The notes beneath the pieces were generated by a model. It was not told the DNA's origin. It ran no database searches and saw nothing but the letters and a program-made list of their open reading frames with translations. A DNA stretch of 59,114 nucleotides, the filler included, from Sphacelaria rigidula (taxonomy: Eukaryota), in assembly GCA_964200075.2 (NCBI GenBank). It is 6 parts of 6 records of this genome, joined end to end, with 100 filler letters (N's around TTAATTAATTAA, not from the genome) between each part and the next. Parts side by side here need not be neighbours in the genome. Positions count along the whole stretch, not along the records: positions 9,871 to 19,640 come from CAXNAA020007800.1; positions 19,741 to 29,509 come from CAXNAA020007801.1; 4 more parts are not named here. The stretch is one strand, 5' to 3'. How positions within the stretch are numbered: the first letter of the stretch is position 1; each line of letters starts with the position of its first letter. The translations under genes and the position numbers were made by a program. Below are positions 11,711 to 23,397 of the stretch, one piece after another.

Positions 11711-12344
11711 GTAACGAAATGAGGGGCGTCACACGATACTTTTTCTTTCTCCACCTCAACTTCATGGCGACAAGAGTTCGACCGTCCCTTTCCCTGGTCT
11801 ACAGTCTAATCGAATATTTTTCACTCACAAAACAATAAATAATCGCTTTCCACGACTGCCAAATTATGCCGCGACAACCCCCCAGCCCAACTAGCCCCCA
11901 AATGCTCATGAACAAAACGGTCATACAGCACAATTTGGCTGGTTCCGCACGACATGAAGCGCTTCAGATGGGCGACAACGGTGAAACCGATCCCGAGCGT
12001 GGAAGGTCCCAGTTGCTCGGTTCGCTCGGATCTTGTTACTCATATCAAAATTTCGCCTCTTCAAAACAGCCACCTTTGGGGGGATGGGGCTATCACGACA
12101 TCCCTCTCTCTGCTAGGCATATTGTGAGACATAGCTCAAGTCGATGCCGTTGACCAACACACACACATATACACACCTCACCGTGGGCGCCGATTCGGTA
12201 AAAAAATCGTGCAAAGCACGACGGGAGCGCTCAGGACTGTCAACCTATCAGAGATCTGAATCTGATGGTCCCTAGATCGATCAAGATTCATTTTGAACGT
12301 GCCTGCATACAGCACCGTGCTTCGTTTTTTCTTTTTCCCGTGGA

Positions 12345-12635
12345 ACTTTGAATTCCTCCTCTTCCTCGGGATGAGTCCGTGGTCTCCAGGGATCAACCCA
12401 TCTCTCCCCGGTACACGCCATGTGTTTTGGTCTCGCGGATTGGGTCAGCACTCCCGCACCGCGTCAACTCACGTCAAACAAACTCAGTTGACTATTTCAT
12501 TTACTCACGTTCTCACGCTTTCCACAGTGGAAATCAGATATCACAAAAAAAAAAACACACACATCGGGAATCGAACCCTCATTCTCATCACCCTAATGGC
12601 GATAGTCGGACCATTACACCACCGAGGCGCGGCGG
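12345..12635 (-). mobile_element. tRNA-derived SINE, family 2
   Basis: On the minus strand: A box TGGTGTAATGG and B box GGTTCGATTCC. The 3' part is shared with 13200-13290 and 27225-27290. Confidence 0.7.
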
Positions 12636-12822
12636 TTATCAACACTATACCGCCAGTACCGTCAGCTTTTGCTGAAACCCAACAGGCAGTACCTGAATGG
12701 ACATTTCCTGTATGGTACCACAGACAAAACCGTACCGTTGTTATCACACACACAAGATAAGTTATTTACAAACAGATTCGGGTGGGAAATGTGCCAAGCT
12801 CCCGAAAAACGGCGTACAGTAC

Positions 12823-13104
12823 CTTGCCCCACTTCTCCAAGTCCTTCTCCCTGTCCCCTCGGTCACGCATGAAATCCTTCCCGCCGCCTCCTGCCCGATC
12901 GTAATCCTTCGCCCCGCTACCATCACGACCCCTGTCGGCCCACCCGCCCGGGGGGGGGCGGAAGCCTCCCATACCACCACCCCCGCCACCGCCTCCACCG
13001 CCGGTGCGATAGCCCGGCCCATCCCTGTCCCTATCCCTGTCTCTACCGTCGGGTGGACCCCTTGCCCAGGACTCCCCTGGAGGATCTGCGCCTCGGTCAC
13101 CGTG
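12823..13104 (-). CDS. eIF4E class II-like gene, exon encoding the Gly/Arg/Asp-rich C-terminal extension (HGDRGADPP...EKWGK)
   Basis: TTTCAG acceptor and AAG|GTACTG donor. 94 codons, phase 0/0, in frame with the upstream exon. The final stop is uncertain: read-through to 12766 or a further short exon (e.g. 12302-12288, ARSK*). Confidence 0.75.
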
Positions 13105-14006
13105 CTGAAATTTCATAAAAATTAAAAAAAAGAGATAGTTTTCTCACACGTCAGATAGATCATCAGCTACCTCAACTTCATCATCTATTTTTTATTTTCA
13201 TTCATTTGTCGCACTTTGAACCCCTCCCCCTCCTCGGGACGAGTCCATGGTCTCAAGGGACCAATCCATCTTTCCCCCGGTGGCGTGAACATTACTTCTT
13301 ATTAGTGTGCTGGTCCGGATCATGAGCCAGCTCATTCGACCCCTTTTGCCCAAATTTACTCCCTTCAGCTCTCGGCGCCGAACACGGGAAATAGCGCAAT
13401 GAGTAGCGCTACCGGTTGTCGACCCCCCGCTGTCTTTTATCTTATGTTTTCGGAGAATGGATTCAAGAGTTCTCTTCGATTGTTTTCTCTAGATAGCTCA
13501 TGAGCTGTCCCACGAGCGAATACTTTTGCTGTACTTTAATCTATACTACGAGCGGATACGGCATGCCGGGGGTTGGAGGGGGTGGGGGGGGGGGTGGGGA
13601 GGGACGATACATGATACATTTACATGATTCAAGACATTCTTCTTGTATTATTGGTAAACTCACTCCACCACAACGAGTTTCAGTATCTTCGATGGTGCAA
13701 GAGCAGTCGTAGTTGTTATTATTATTGCCCAATCTCTCGAACCCGTGGTCACAGACGTAGGCTCAGCTTCCCAAACCCGTCCCCGTTCTTCTTTACAAGA
13801 TACAGAGTCTTTGTCATTTTTTCCGAGACTCCAGACGACTTACAAAAAAGAAAGAAAGAAGCAACCAAAAGGTCACCAAAATAAAAATATATATGAAGCG
13901 AGACGCCGATAAAAAGAAATAAAATACACAAAAAGTGAATGCCTCAGCATAATACACGGGCTCAAACGGACCCCGCTTTACTGTCAAATGGTGTCTCCCA
14001 GCTAAC

Positions 14007-14192
14007 CTGGCGGTGGGGGTGATGGTCATCCCCCAGTCCACGAGGATTTGCGCGGTTCCGCGTCCATGCGCCACCCGCACCGCCCGCTCCTCCGCGGGGG
14101 CCAAAGCCCGGTGCATTGGCTTGATACCCGCCGCCTCCCTCCGCTCGACTCAGACTAGCGCCTAGATTGTCCTGGTGGCGTCGATACTCCAC
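14007..14192 (-). CDS. eIF4E class II-like gene exon (VEYRRHQDNL...HHPHRQ)
   Basis: TAG acceptor and CAG|GTTAG donor, 62 codons. VEYRRH matches the terminal EYKxH motif of eIF4E, followed by Gly-rich sequence. Confidence 0.85.
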
Positions 14193-14991
14193 CTACGTCA
14201 TTGTTCGAATCGTGATTGCCATGAAATAACAGCACATGAAAATGACAATGATGCACGGTTCGGAGGAATCATTGCCGATTCGAATAACAAAATCCACCAT
14301 CTCTCAGGCCTGATTGCTTGGAAGAGAGAAAAAAGTCGACCGCGGGTCGAGAAGAACCCCACGCAATATTTGCACCCTTCCACATGCCTGGGCTGCGGGT
14401 ACCTGGGTTGCAATGCTGAAAACAAAGCCCAAGGATTGATTCGTATACGGTACGAATCACCTGCACTAAAATCGAGTGATTTCCAGGCGAATCATTGATT
14501 CGTCCGCCCCTTGCAATGGTGGTGGTGGTGACGACGATGGAGATGGCCACAATACATGATGAACAATACATGAATATGTAGTGATAAAGAAATCACTTTG
14601 CTGAAAAAAAGGCGCACCTCTGTAACTTTTCTCATCATGTGAGAAGGGGGCGTACTCATTGGAGAAGGAAGGAAACAAAAAAATCATCTCTTCTTTGAAT
14701 TTGGTGTCGAGAAGACAGCAGCAACAACAACAACAACAACAACAACCAAAGTACTGATGACAATATGGGCGACGTTGGTCATCAACAGCAACACCTCTAG
14801 CTACAGTTTTGTTTCCAGCCACAACGCGTGCTGAGGACGCTTTGCGGACAATCCTCACGGCTAAACTCTACAAAGACTCGAACAAGACAGTTCATAGCAG
14901 GGCCACGTATCGATCAGCCATGGATTTGGCTAGCGTGGTGGTGGGGGAGAACTTTACTGCACAGGACCGACGAGAAGAGAAGAAAAAATAC

Positions 14992-15097
14992 CTGGACGGT
15001 TGGCGGGATACTGAGCAAGCGCTTGATACCCTCCCGTATCTTCTCCACGCCTTCGGTATTGGACGCGGATCGATTCCAAACGGATATCACATCCTCG
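14992..15097 (-). CDS. eIF4E class II-like gene exon (EDVISVWNRSASNTEGVEKIREGIKRLLSIPPTVQ)
   Basis: CCGCAG acceptor (phase 2) and CAG|GTAT donor. Matches the EDIISIWN...LRRVLNLPP segment of 4EHP. Confidence 0.9.
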
Positions 15098-15201
15098 CTG
15101 CGGACCAGAAATGGAGAGAAAGAAGAAAAAGGCACGAAAAAACGAACAAATGACAAGGCTTCAGAATCCCCTATTTCGCGCGGAACGTTGTTGAGATCAA
15201 T

Positions 15202-15538
15202 CCGAGGTAGTGTTGTGTCGGGTACGAAATTTTGAATACCCGGGTAACTACCTGACTAATACCCGTGCCCGAGAGTTCCGTGAGCCCCACATATCGGTAC
15301 CCGACAGGGTTATACGATCTGTACGAAATGTTCACCTGTACCCGGGGTACGGGTATACCCTTGTAGAAATACCCGGTTGCGGGTACAAGTTGGTGTACAA
15401 CCTCCAAACCGTACCCGACAGTTCTGTAACCTCTGTACGCCTTCGATACCATTCCATCCGACAGTTTCGTTAAGGTCTGCAAGAAATCTCACCCCCTACC
15501 GAACATGCCTACCCGACCAAACAGGGCACAACTTTGGA
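15202..15538. mobile_element. MITE-like repeat rich in CGTACCCGACAG/CGGGTA motifs (copy 1)
   Basis: Ends are CCGAGGTAGTG / CACAACTTTGG. Homologous to 42827-43360 and 43941-44360. Confidence 0.65.
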
Positions 15539-16276
15539 TATTTTCTGTTGAGCCACGGGAATCCTTCTAGCATGTTTTTCTTCGCTTGCAACAGCCCTCA
15601 CATGATTGAAAAAAAAACGCCACGTTTCCTATTCTTCTCGTCTGCCATCCCCCCGGAAAAAGCCATTTCTCTCGAAGCATAGATCGACCGACATGTCTCC
15701 CCGCTACCTGCCCGACATGTTGATATCGTAGACTGAATCATTCCACCCCTAAATGGTTGATGGCATAACACTTGGTCGGTCGGGTCGCGGCGAAACATCA
15801 CCTCTTCTGTCTGGGCTTGGCTGTTTTTTTACCGTTCCTTGACAAAGGTTCTTGTTTGGCCAAAATGAAAACTGCGGCCACCAGAGAACGGGAAGATGTC
15901 CTGGAACCGCCTCAACTAGTAGAGCAAGTCATTCCAAGCTGTCAAACTCCGTCTAGCTCTCGTTTGGGGGCGTAGAACGACGTGAAAGCTCCAAAAAGAT
16001 ATTTTTCCAGATTTTTATTTCCATCCGTTATAAGGAGCGGCTTGATCGATCTAATGTTTTCTTCGCAAATCCATTAAATATTAAATCCCCCAGGGTGTTG
16101 TTATATTTCACATTACTGTAGCCTTTTCCCCGAAAATTTAGCGCCCATGGTCACACAACCCTGGCACAAAAGGACAGGACAAACCACCGACAAAAGAAGA
16201 AAAAAAGCGCAAGCGGGAACCACCGCACCTCGAAGGGCGAGGTTCTACACCCACGCCAGCGAACAAAAATAGAGGC

Positions 16277-16580
16277 GACCGAAGGTTTTGGTCGTATATC
16301 TACGGTTGATTTCTTCGAACAATCCAACAATAGCGCTAGACCTAACTCTAACCCCGATCCAGGGCGTACGAGACTCTCGGAAAAGGGGGGCGTATGAGTT
16401 CTCCTAGGCGAAGTGTGCGTTGGCAGACATCAAATCGACGCCGCAGGCGCCGATTCCGACAAAGTTACGTTTTGGACGGGCTGGGTCCACTGCTCACCTT
16501 CCCCAAACCATAAATGTTCTCAGAACTTTCTCAAGTAGTCATATTCTCCACCATAGATATACGACCAAAGCTTCAGGTCG
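16277..16580. mobile_element. TIR element carrying telomere-like CTAACC repeats (copy 1)
   Basis: TIR GAAGGTTTTGGTCGTATATCTA / TAGATATACGACCAAAGCTTC. The interior matches 30745-31005 and 52471-52759. Confidence 0.7.
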
Positions 16581-16788
16581 GTCTACTGCAAAAATGTACG
16601 TACGACTCGAAAGAACAAACTAAACTCAGAAAAACAAAATAAGCGCAGTAACACGAACATCACTTGACGTTGACTGAATCCACCAGGTATGCGGTCGTGA
16701 TGAAAATCCTGGCTTCGCCCAATAAATAAAATACAATAACGCAACACATGATGGAGCACCTATACCCCTGTCCCCTTGCAACACTTAC

Positions 16789-16925
16789 TTGTACCGCACG
16801 GATATCACGGCCCCGCATATATCGTTCCCGACATCGAACTGCTCCCCCACGATGGCTAACACCAGATTTTCCCACGCGCGGCTGGCCAACCCCTTCTTCA
16901 AGCGCACAAGTAGCTGCCCCCCTCT
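16789..16925 (-). CDS. eIF4E2: Eukaryotic translation initiation factor 4E class II (4EHP/nCBP-like) exon (RGGQLLVRLKKGLASRAWENLVLAIVGEQFDVGNDICGAVISVRY)
   Basis: RLxKGLASRxWENLxLAxxGEQFxVGxxICGAVxSVR is the class II eIF4E signature. The GTAAGT donor is in phase with the next exon. Upstream exons not found in this contig. Confidence 0.9.
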
Positions 16926-17369
16926 CTGCGTGAAGGGCATCAGACGGTTGTTTCGTCCCATCCACGACAAAACACAAAACACAGCGGCGTGCGATCAAAA
17001 AAGGTGTAATTGAGAAATTAAAAAAAAAGGAACTATCTTTATGTCCGGCGATTTTGTACCCTCATTTTTTTTTCCCAGTAATACATGTTCATCACCAGTT
17101 TCAGTTGAGCACGTTCACGTCTAGGGAATGTATGCGGAGTAAATTAGCACTCGCGTTATAAACTGGAGCATGAATGTTTTTTCCATCAGTGCTCACGAAG
17201 TCGCCCCCATGTATATCACACCCTGGACAGTGGATTACACTGTGAAAAAAAGTGTACCGCGTGCAGTATCGACCATTGCGTCTATTGCAGTTGATCATTT
17301 CGAGTCCATACTGTACGCAGTACACTTCTTGATGATGTGATCTTTTGTCGAGGGTGTGCTTTACGCTTC

Positions 17370-17600
17370 TTGGTTTCAGCGCTCCACCTTCCTTTTGCGG
17401 TACTTGCCTTCCTTTCTACAGCGACAAGGGTTCAGCAGTGTATTTTCCCTCGTCGACCACATGAGGTCGAGCTTTGTGTACTCCCGCCATAGACGCTCTC
17501 CACTGTTGCAAGCAGTGCGACTTCACCGAGATTCGAACCCACGTTTCAATCGTCAGAGGATGTCGAGGATACCAACTGAGCAACCGGGGAGGGGGCGGCC
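17370..17600 (-). mobile_element. SINE family 1, degenerate copy
   Basis: GATTCGAACCC (B box, reverse complement) and ACCAACTGAG (A box, reverse complement), plus body similarity. Confidence 0.65.
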
Positions 17601-18610
17601 AGTCTCTCATATCATGTACCTATTTTTCTTTGTTCTTTTAGGCACTCAGAGAGAGCATCGTTCTTCACGTTCCCCACGTTCCTCGACTTCGGCGCAGCTA
17701 CCTAAACAAACAGTTCCAACCAGGCCACGAGACAGCTTTTCCCTGCCAAACAAGTGACCAGATTCCATCGAATTGAAATCAAAAAGTTATTACAAGTCAC
17801 ACTTTTGACTCATCGATTTGTGCGACGTGTCATTTCTTTTTTACACAGCAGACGTTGGCTGATCGCTCGAGATTTTCCATGGGCAGTACTAGCTGCGAAC
17901 TGTAAGGCGTTGCCCGCAGAGTGGTGCTACGACAGGGGAGGGGGATAAGTTGGGTTATTTCTTCCACGAAATTCCACCTCAAATCGTCGTCGAAAGCAGG
18001 AACATTAGGTCGAACGCACTTGTCACCGATAAGACACACTCATCCATACCACTTGACACCGGTTCCACCCAAATACAACGCATCGCGAGAAATTAGGTCG
18101 TCCGGCACTCCTGGGAGCCGGTGTTCTTCGTGGAATCTGCTCCACCCCCCCTCCCTGCTTCACACCCATGAGGCAGTGTATAAGCCGTGGCTGTCTCTGG
18201 AAGTGGCGATACCAGACAATGAAGCAACTTATCGTAGGCCGTCATCCAAATGCAAGATAGTCAGTAGGCATCAGGCCGAACAATCTCAGCGGGATGCCGC
18301 TCACCCTTCATGCGACTCGCCGAACACACCACGACACTACGCGCTTGGTGACTGAGTGCGAGCCTGGTCCGGCGAAAACCCGGCGTGCTCCGTCCCGGCT
18401 TTTTAGGGATGCGGGGTCAGTGGTCTTCTGGCTGTAGTATGCGCATCATGAGTACACCCTCCCCCTCCCCCCTTATCGTAGCATGACTCTCACGCAAGGA
18501 AAAAAAGGAAAAGCGACCCCCCCACTACAAAACTTTTCCCTGGTTCGAGCAGAAGATTGACGGAAACAAAAGTGTTGTCGTTTTCCAGGGGGTCCCCATA
18601 CATGCCATCA

Positions 18611-19008
18611 GGCCGTTTCTTCCGGTTCGGACTTTGTTTGGCTCGTATTTTCCACTTTCAGGACATTCGACAAGGTTTTTGATCCTCAAACAGGGAAAAT
18701 CGCCACCACACGTCTTGGACACTTTGTATCACCCACCGAGAGGAGCATAGCCCACTTTTCCAGGTGAAAATACCTACAGACTGTGCAATATATACATATG
18801 TTTTCCTCATATTTTTGTCCAGAGGCCGCTCTCAAAATCTCTGACCCAAGCGAATCTGAAAAGTGGGCTATACTCCTCTCGGTGGGGTGATACAAAGTGT
18901 CCAAGACGTGTGGTGGCGATTTTCCCTGTTTGTGGGTCAAAAACCTTGTCAAATGTCCCAAAAGTCGAAAATACGAGCCAAACAAGATACGAACAGGAAG
19001 AAACGGCC
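18611..19008. mobile_element. PIF/Harbinger-like foldback MITE
   Basis: ~150-bp inverted arms starting GGCCGTTTCTTCC. Flanks are TCA / TTA. Confidence 0.85.
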
Positions 19009-19640
19009 TTAACGCGAAATTCTCATCACTCCATTCCAACAGCATGGAAAACACTCCCACAGCGAAATATACGAAAACCGTCATCACAGTCATGAAAAGA
19101 AAAAGGCTCTGAGAAGAATGCGTTGGAAAACAACGCCGCGAGGTCGCTCCTTATGGCCAACAAAGAAACGTGTTGGAAACTGCCTTTTTGCTCCCTTTGC
19201 GTCGTGCTACGCTCCTAAAAACGGGCCAGACAAATGTTGACACCTCGACATGCCTTGCTACACTTGATGAGACGGTTCCAGGATACCTTGGCGTATTCCG
19301 GTGGTCGCAGTTTTTTTTTTTGGGGGGGGGGGGCGTCAAAATTACTTTCTTGGACAAACGGTCAAGTCCACCGAAATTCCAAATCCCATGTCCTGGAGCC
19401 GTTTCAACGAGTATCCAAGGGTATCCCAAGGCGTCAACATCCGCCTGGACTTCTTCTAGAACGTAAAACGACATTAAAGGGTCAAAAAGGCAGTCATAGA
19501 GGATTCTTTTGTTTGCCATGAGAAACGGCTTCGGTGGTTGAAATGAAAGCACGTCGAAAAAAAGGCGGGGGGGGGGGGGGGGGGGCACCATTGGATGGGG
19601 AGGGCCCACGGCGGAACCCCCGTCCCGGCTAACACTCGTT

Positions 19641-19740
19641 NNNNNNNNNNNNNNNNNNNNNNNNNNNNNNNNNNNNNNNNNNNNTTAATTAATTAANNNN
19701 NNNNNNNNNNNNNNNNNNNNNNNNNNNNNNNNNNNNNNNN
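19641..19740. other. Artificial contig linker
   Basis: N44-TTAATTAATTAA-N44. Confidence 0.98.
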
Positions 19741-19808
19741 AATCGAACCCCCCAACTCAACCATCAGAAGGTTACGAGGTTACCAACTGAGCCACCGGGG
19801 CGACCGGC
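19741..19808 (-). mobile_element. SINE family 1 tRNA-like head, cut by contig end
   Basis: The reverse complement reads GGTCGCCCCGGTGGCTCAGTTGG...GGTTCGATT, as at 51788. Confidence 0.75.
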
Positions 19809-20002
19809 CACTAAAAAAGAAAAAAGCCCGAGGGAGATTCAGGGCAAATTCTAGAATGTCATGTCAACAAAACTTGCCACTTTCTGGCTCGGCAGCTGAC
19901 CGGATGGACATGGTGATAGTGGTCGAAGCGAAAGGGAAAAATAGGGACTCGATTCTTTGACTGCGAAGTCCGTATCTCCCATGCGAGGTTTACACTACCT
20001 AC

Positions 20003-20157
20003 CTCTCGACCGCGGACCAGGCGAACATGACGATAGTGGCGACAATGGGAGATAGCAAAGAGTCAAGGCCAGTCCAGTCCTCGAGGCGAGGCTGTTCGCA
20101 AGTATCCGGGTCCCATGTTTCCTCTGCAGGGGCGTCGATGAAGCTCGGGAGGCCATC
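20003..20157 (-). CDS. Sodium:solute symporter (choline transporter-like), 7th exon in window (DGLPSFIDAPAEETWDPDTCEQPRLEDWTGLDSLLSPIVATIVMFAWSAVE)
   Basis: GGCAG acceptor (phase 0) and AG|GTAGG donor. Open frame ending in a hydrophobic segment. This frame is absent from the ORF track. Confidence 0.8.
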
Positions 20158-21463
20158 CTGCCATATAACAGATCGAAAGACGCGAGACGAGGGTGTTGTA
20201 TAGGTGGCGTTGGCGAGTCAACAAAACACGAAATGTGCCTCTTCTGCAACAACTAAAAGTGGCGTATTGTGTGCAATGGCCTTCACACTGCAACTGCAGG
20301 CCCTCGGCTCATGTTTTGCAGGGGGGGGCGAACTGAACGGTGTTGGGAAAATCAGGTCATTTTTTTTTTTCTTCACGTTTTGACACGAGAAAGAAAAAAA
20401 AGCTCATCACTTCCTTCATCAGCTCGTGGTGAAAAGAGCAGGGATGTGTACAGAGGAAGTCTCGTTTTTTTTCCCTTCCCTTTTGCTCTGAGATAAACAG
20501 TAAAACGAGTTTGACGCGAAGAAGGGCGAAAAAAACAGCTGATGCTGACCAGGAACCGAACCAACGTGTACGCGTTGCAAAATAGATCGTCTTCCTCCCT
20601 CATGAGCCCTCTGAAAAAAAATCCGCTGCTTGAAATCCGGGAAAATTTTGCCACGGATTACGCTGCAAATCTGTAGCAGGAGCCGTACTATGGATCCGTC
20701 CGAAGCGGAATGTGCGCGAATCGAGTCCCTGTGCCGGTTAATTTTCGTGTTCCCTCTTTTATTCATGTTTCTTTCTCGTTCTGACGCTACAGTCTTCAAT
20801 CCGTAGAACCACGGTTTTTATCCGTACACATCCCTGGAAAATAGTTTGAACGACCCATGTTGTATCCTCTGTCTACTTACGACGATGACAATGGAGGCAT
20901 GGCTAGTATCAGTAGGACAACCAAGGACTGCAGCTGGCCGGTAATGATCGGCCAGCGTTCCACCAATACGCGCTGCCCTCACGGCCATGACTCGAAAAAG
21001 GCTATCCCACAACGGGGTGTCTGCGTTGGCAATTATACCCTGAACCAGGTATTTTTAGAGCAGGCTTTAGGGAAGAAGCACGCACATCCAGTTTAACGTT
21101 GAACATCCTGAAGAATGACGCAAAAAGATTATCGTTTCGCATGTTTGAAACACCCAACCGTTCGCGAGATATGGACAGCTACCGCTGAAGACTCTTAATA
21201 ATGGGAGAGGTAAGAACAGGCTCTGCCTATCATGCAGGTCTGGCGCGCAGTATACTTGTGTAGAATGGCACGCACCAAGTGTTCATGTCTTCGGATCATA
21301 ACTAGGGGCTCCAGTGGATACCGGTTGTACATGGTAACATCGAAATTAGAGTTGTTGTCATTGGCATGCGCACCCGTAGTACCAGGTAAGGCAAGCACAT
21401 CTTGAAAGGGAATGTTCCATGATGCACAGAACCCTCGATTGTTCCTCGAGTACTGCACCGCAC

Positions 21464-21598
21464 CTGCGCGGAGCCGTAGTCGAAGCTGTATTGGCCGTGG
21501 GGGATAACCAGGAAGCCATCTTTGGGCAGCGAGTACTCCAGGATGGCGCGAAGGATGGATCCCGTGAGCACAGCCGCCAACGCACCGCCGGGGGTCAC
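21464..21598 (-). CDS. SSS transporter exon 6 (VTPGGALAAVLTGSILRAILEYSLPKDGFLVIPHGQYSFDYGSAQ)
   Basis: AAG acceptor and CAG|GTGCG donor. 45 codons including a TM helix. Confidence 0.85.
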
Positions 21599-22590
21599 CT
21601 TTAGTGTAGCGCGGCCAAAGACATGCACCCGCGACGGTGGGAGTTCACTTTTGCGTTCAAGGGGTCGATTTGAAGAGCCAAAGTTGATGCGTTTTCGCAC
21701 CATTCCTCTGTTGAACCCTAGAAATCTAGACCTTTGTCACGCAAATCGCCTCTGTTCGAACTTGGATCGTTAGTGTTGCACGGTCAATGTGGGGGATATA
21801 TACATAAAGCTCTCATGTCAGTACGTATGGCAACAGATGAAAATCGACAAATATGGTTATCCACAACTCAACCTTGGGGCAAATGTGTGCATGCTGTTTC
21901 GAACTATTGTAGGCTCAAGTCACGAAGATCTTCGCGTTCTTCGGGCAAGCTTTTATTCCCTTCTACGGCGCTGAGCGATGCTACTGCTTAACCCAGCTCC
22001 ACATACGGTTCGGGGGATACTATTGGGTTCTCAACCAAAAGGATTGAGATCACATGAATATACATGATATGTGTTTTTTTTTTTATCGTGCTATTATACC
22101 CCCCTTTCTCGAGAAGAGATCGCAGACCCGATCCCTGCCTAACCTTTGCTGTCGAGGATTCAATCCGCACATCCCCATGCTTTTAACGACAAGAACTAGA
22201 TTCTGCTCGAAAAAGTAGTCAAAATCGGGACGCGAACCCGCAAAAGTCCACCCTTCCCAGCCGTTGATGCGCCAGTTACACAACCGGAACGCGTCGGCTT
22301 GTGCGGCCATGAAGTCATAATAGACCCAGAATTATCTTCTCCTCCGACGGACGGCGAGACAAATAACGCACTCTACAATAATGGTGATACAGAGGGAGGT
22401 AAATTGTTGTTAGTGTTGTTCTCAAATTTCCAACAGCACCTTGTACGAGGATGCCGCGAGCGTGTGAGTTCGTTTTTACCCTGAATATTAACTGGGAGGA
22501 CTCCTTGGGATCACAGACAGACGGCGCAGGTGTGCCGACGTGTAGCTAGACACAGTGGATGCTGCCACTAGTGACTATTTGGTCGCTTAC

Positions 22591-22670
22591 CGTTTTCTTG
22601 CAGTAAACCGCCGCGAAAAGTGGAGCGATGCAGCCAGCCAACGAGATGTCGAACGCTACGATCAGCAGAT
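22591..22670 (-). CDS. SSS transporter exon 5 (YLLIVAFDISLAGCIAPLFAAVYCKKT)
   Basis: CTGCAG acceptor (phase 1) and GTAAG donor (phase 0). Bridges the flanking exons exactly. Confidence 0.88.
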
Positions 22671-23279
22671 CTGCAGGGCAGGTCGGTACATTTTGCAGTG
22701 GGGGGAAAAAGGCTCAGAGCATCAAGCAATATATTTGACGCGAGGCCGCCGTTGACCCACCATATCAGCAGGTGAGGACGAGCGACGGGATGCTGAAGCG
22801 GAAAATCCATGGGAAATGAGCTACCAAGCATCACAAATCAAGGGTGATCGTAGGAAAGAGGGGTACTTGACGGCGCTCAACTGCGAAACAAAAAAACAGA
22901 GGACGTAGCGGCTGTTCCTGATTCGTAACACTCCGCAGGGGTGGGTAGGATGGGGGAGGGGGTGGTGACTCGACTGACCGAGACTGGGGACTGACAACTC
23001 GGATGCAGTGCACCAATGAGTGCACTTTCGATATCTACAGCGATGGTATCAACACAGGGACGGGAATAGACGTTCACCTACCATAGTACCGGCTCTTGTT
23101 TCTGACTATTTCTCATTTCAAGGAATGCGGTATGAACCCTCTCGAATCGATGGAGGAGTCTCGCTGCGCAGACATGACATCAAAACATGTAGGACATTTC
23201 CCCAGTGTGGAGGGCTGGGAGCGATTAGACAAACATACAAGAACGAAAATGAACGGTAAGGGTCGTATTTGGTTCTCAC

Positions 23280-23397
23280 ATCCCGTCTTATTGTACTCGC
23301 TGGCGACGATACAAGCGATGAGGGTGATGGGGATCATCACTGCGCGGACGATCGCCAGCAAGGTCTTGTCCGAGAACTCTCTGCCTCGAGGAGCCGC
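23280..23397 (-). CDS. SSS transporter exon 4 (AAPRGREFSDKTLLAIVRAVMIPITLIACIVASEYNKTG)
   Basis: CACAG acceptor and GTGAG donor (phase 1). Confidence 0.85.
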
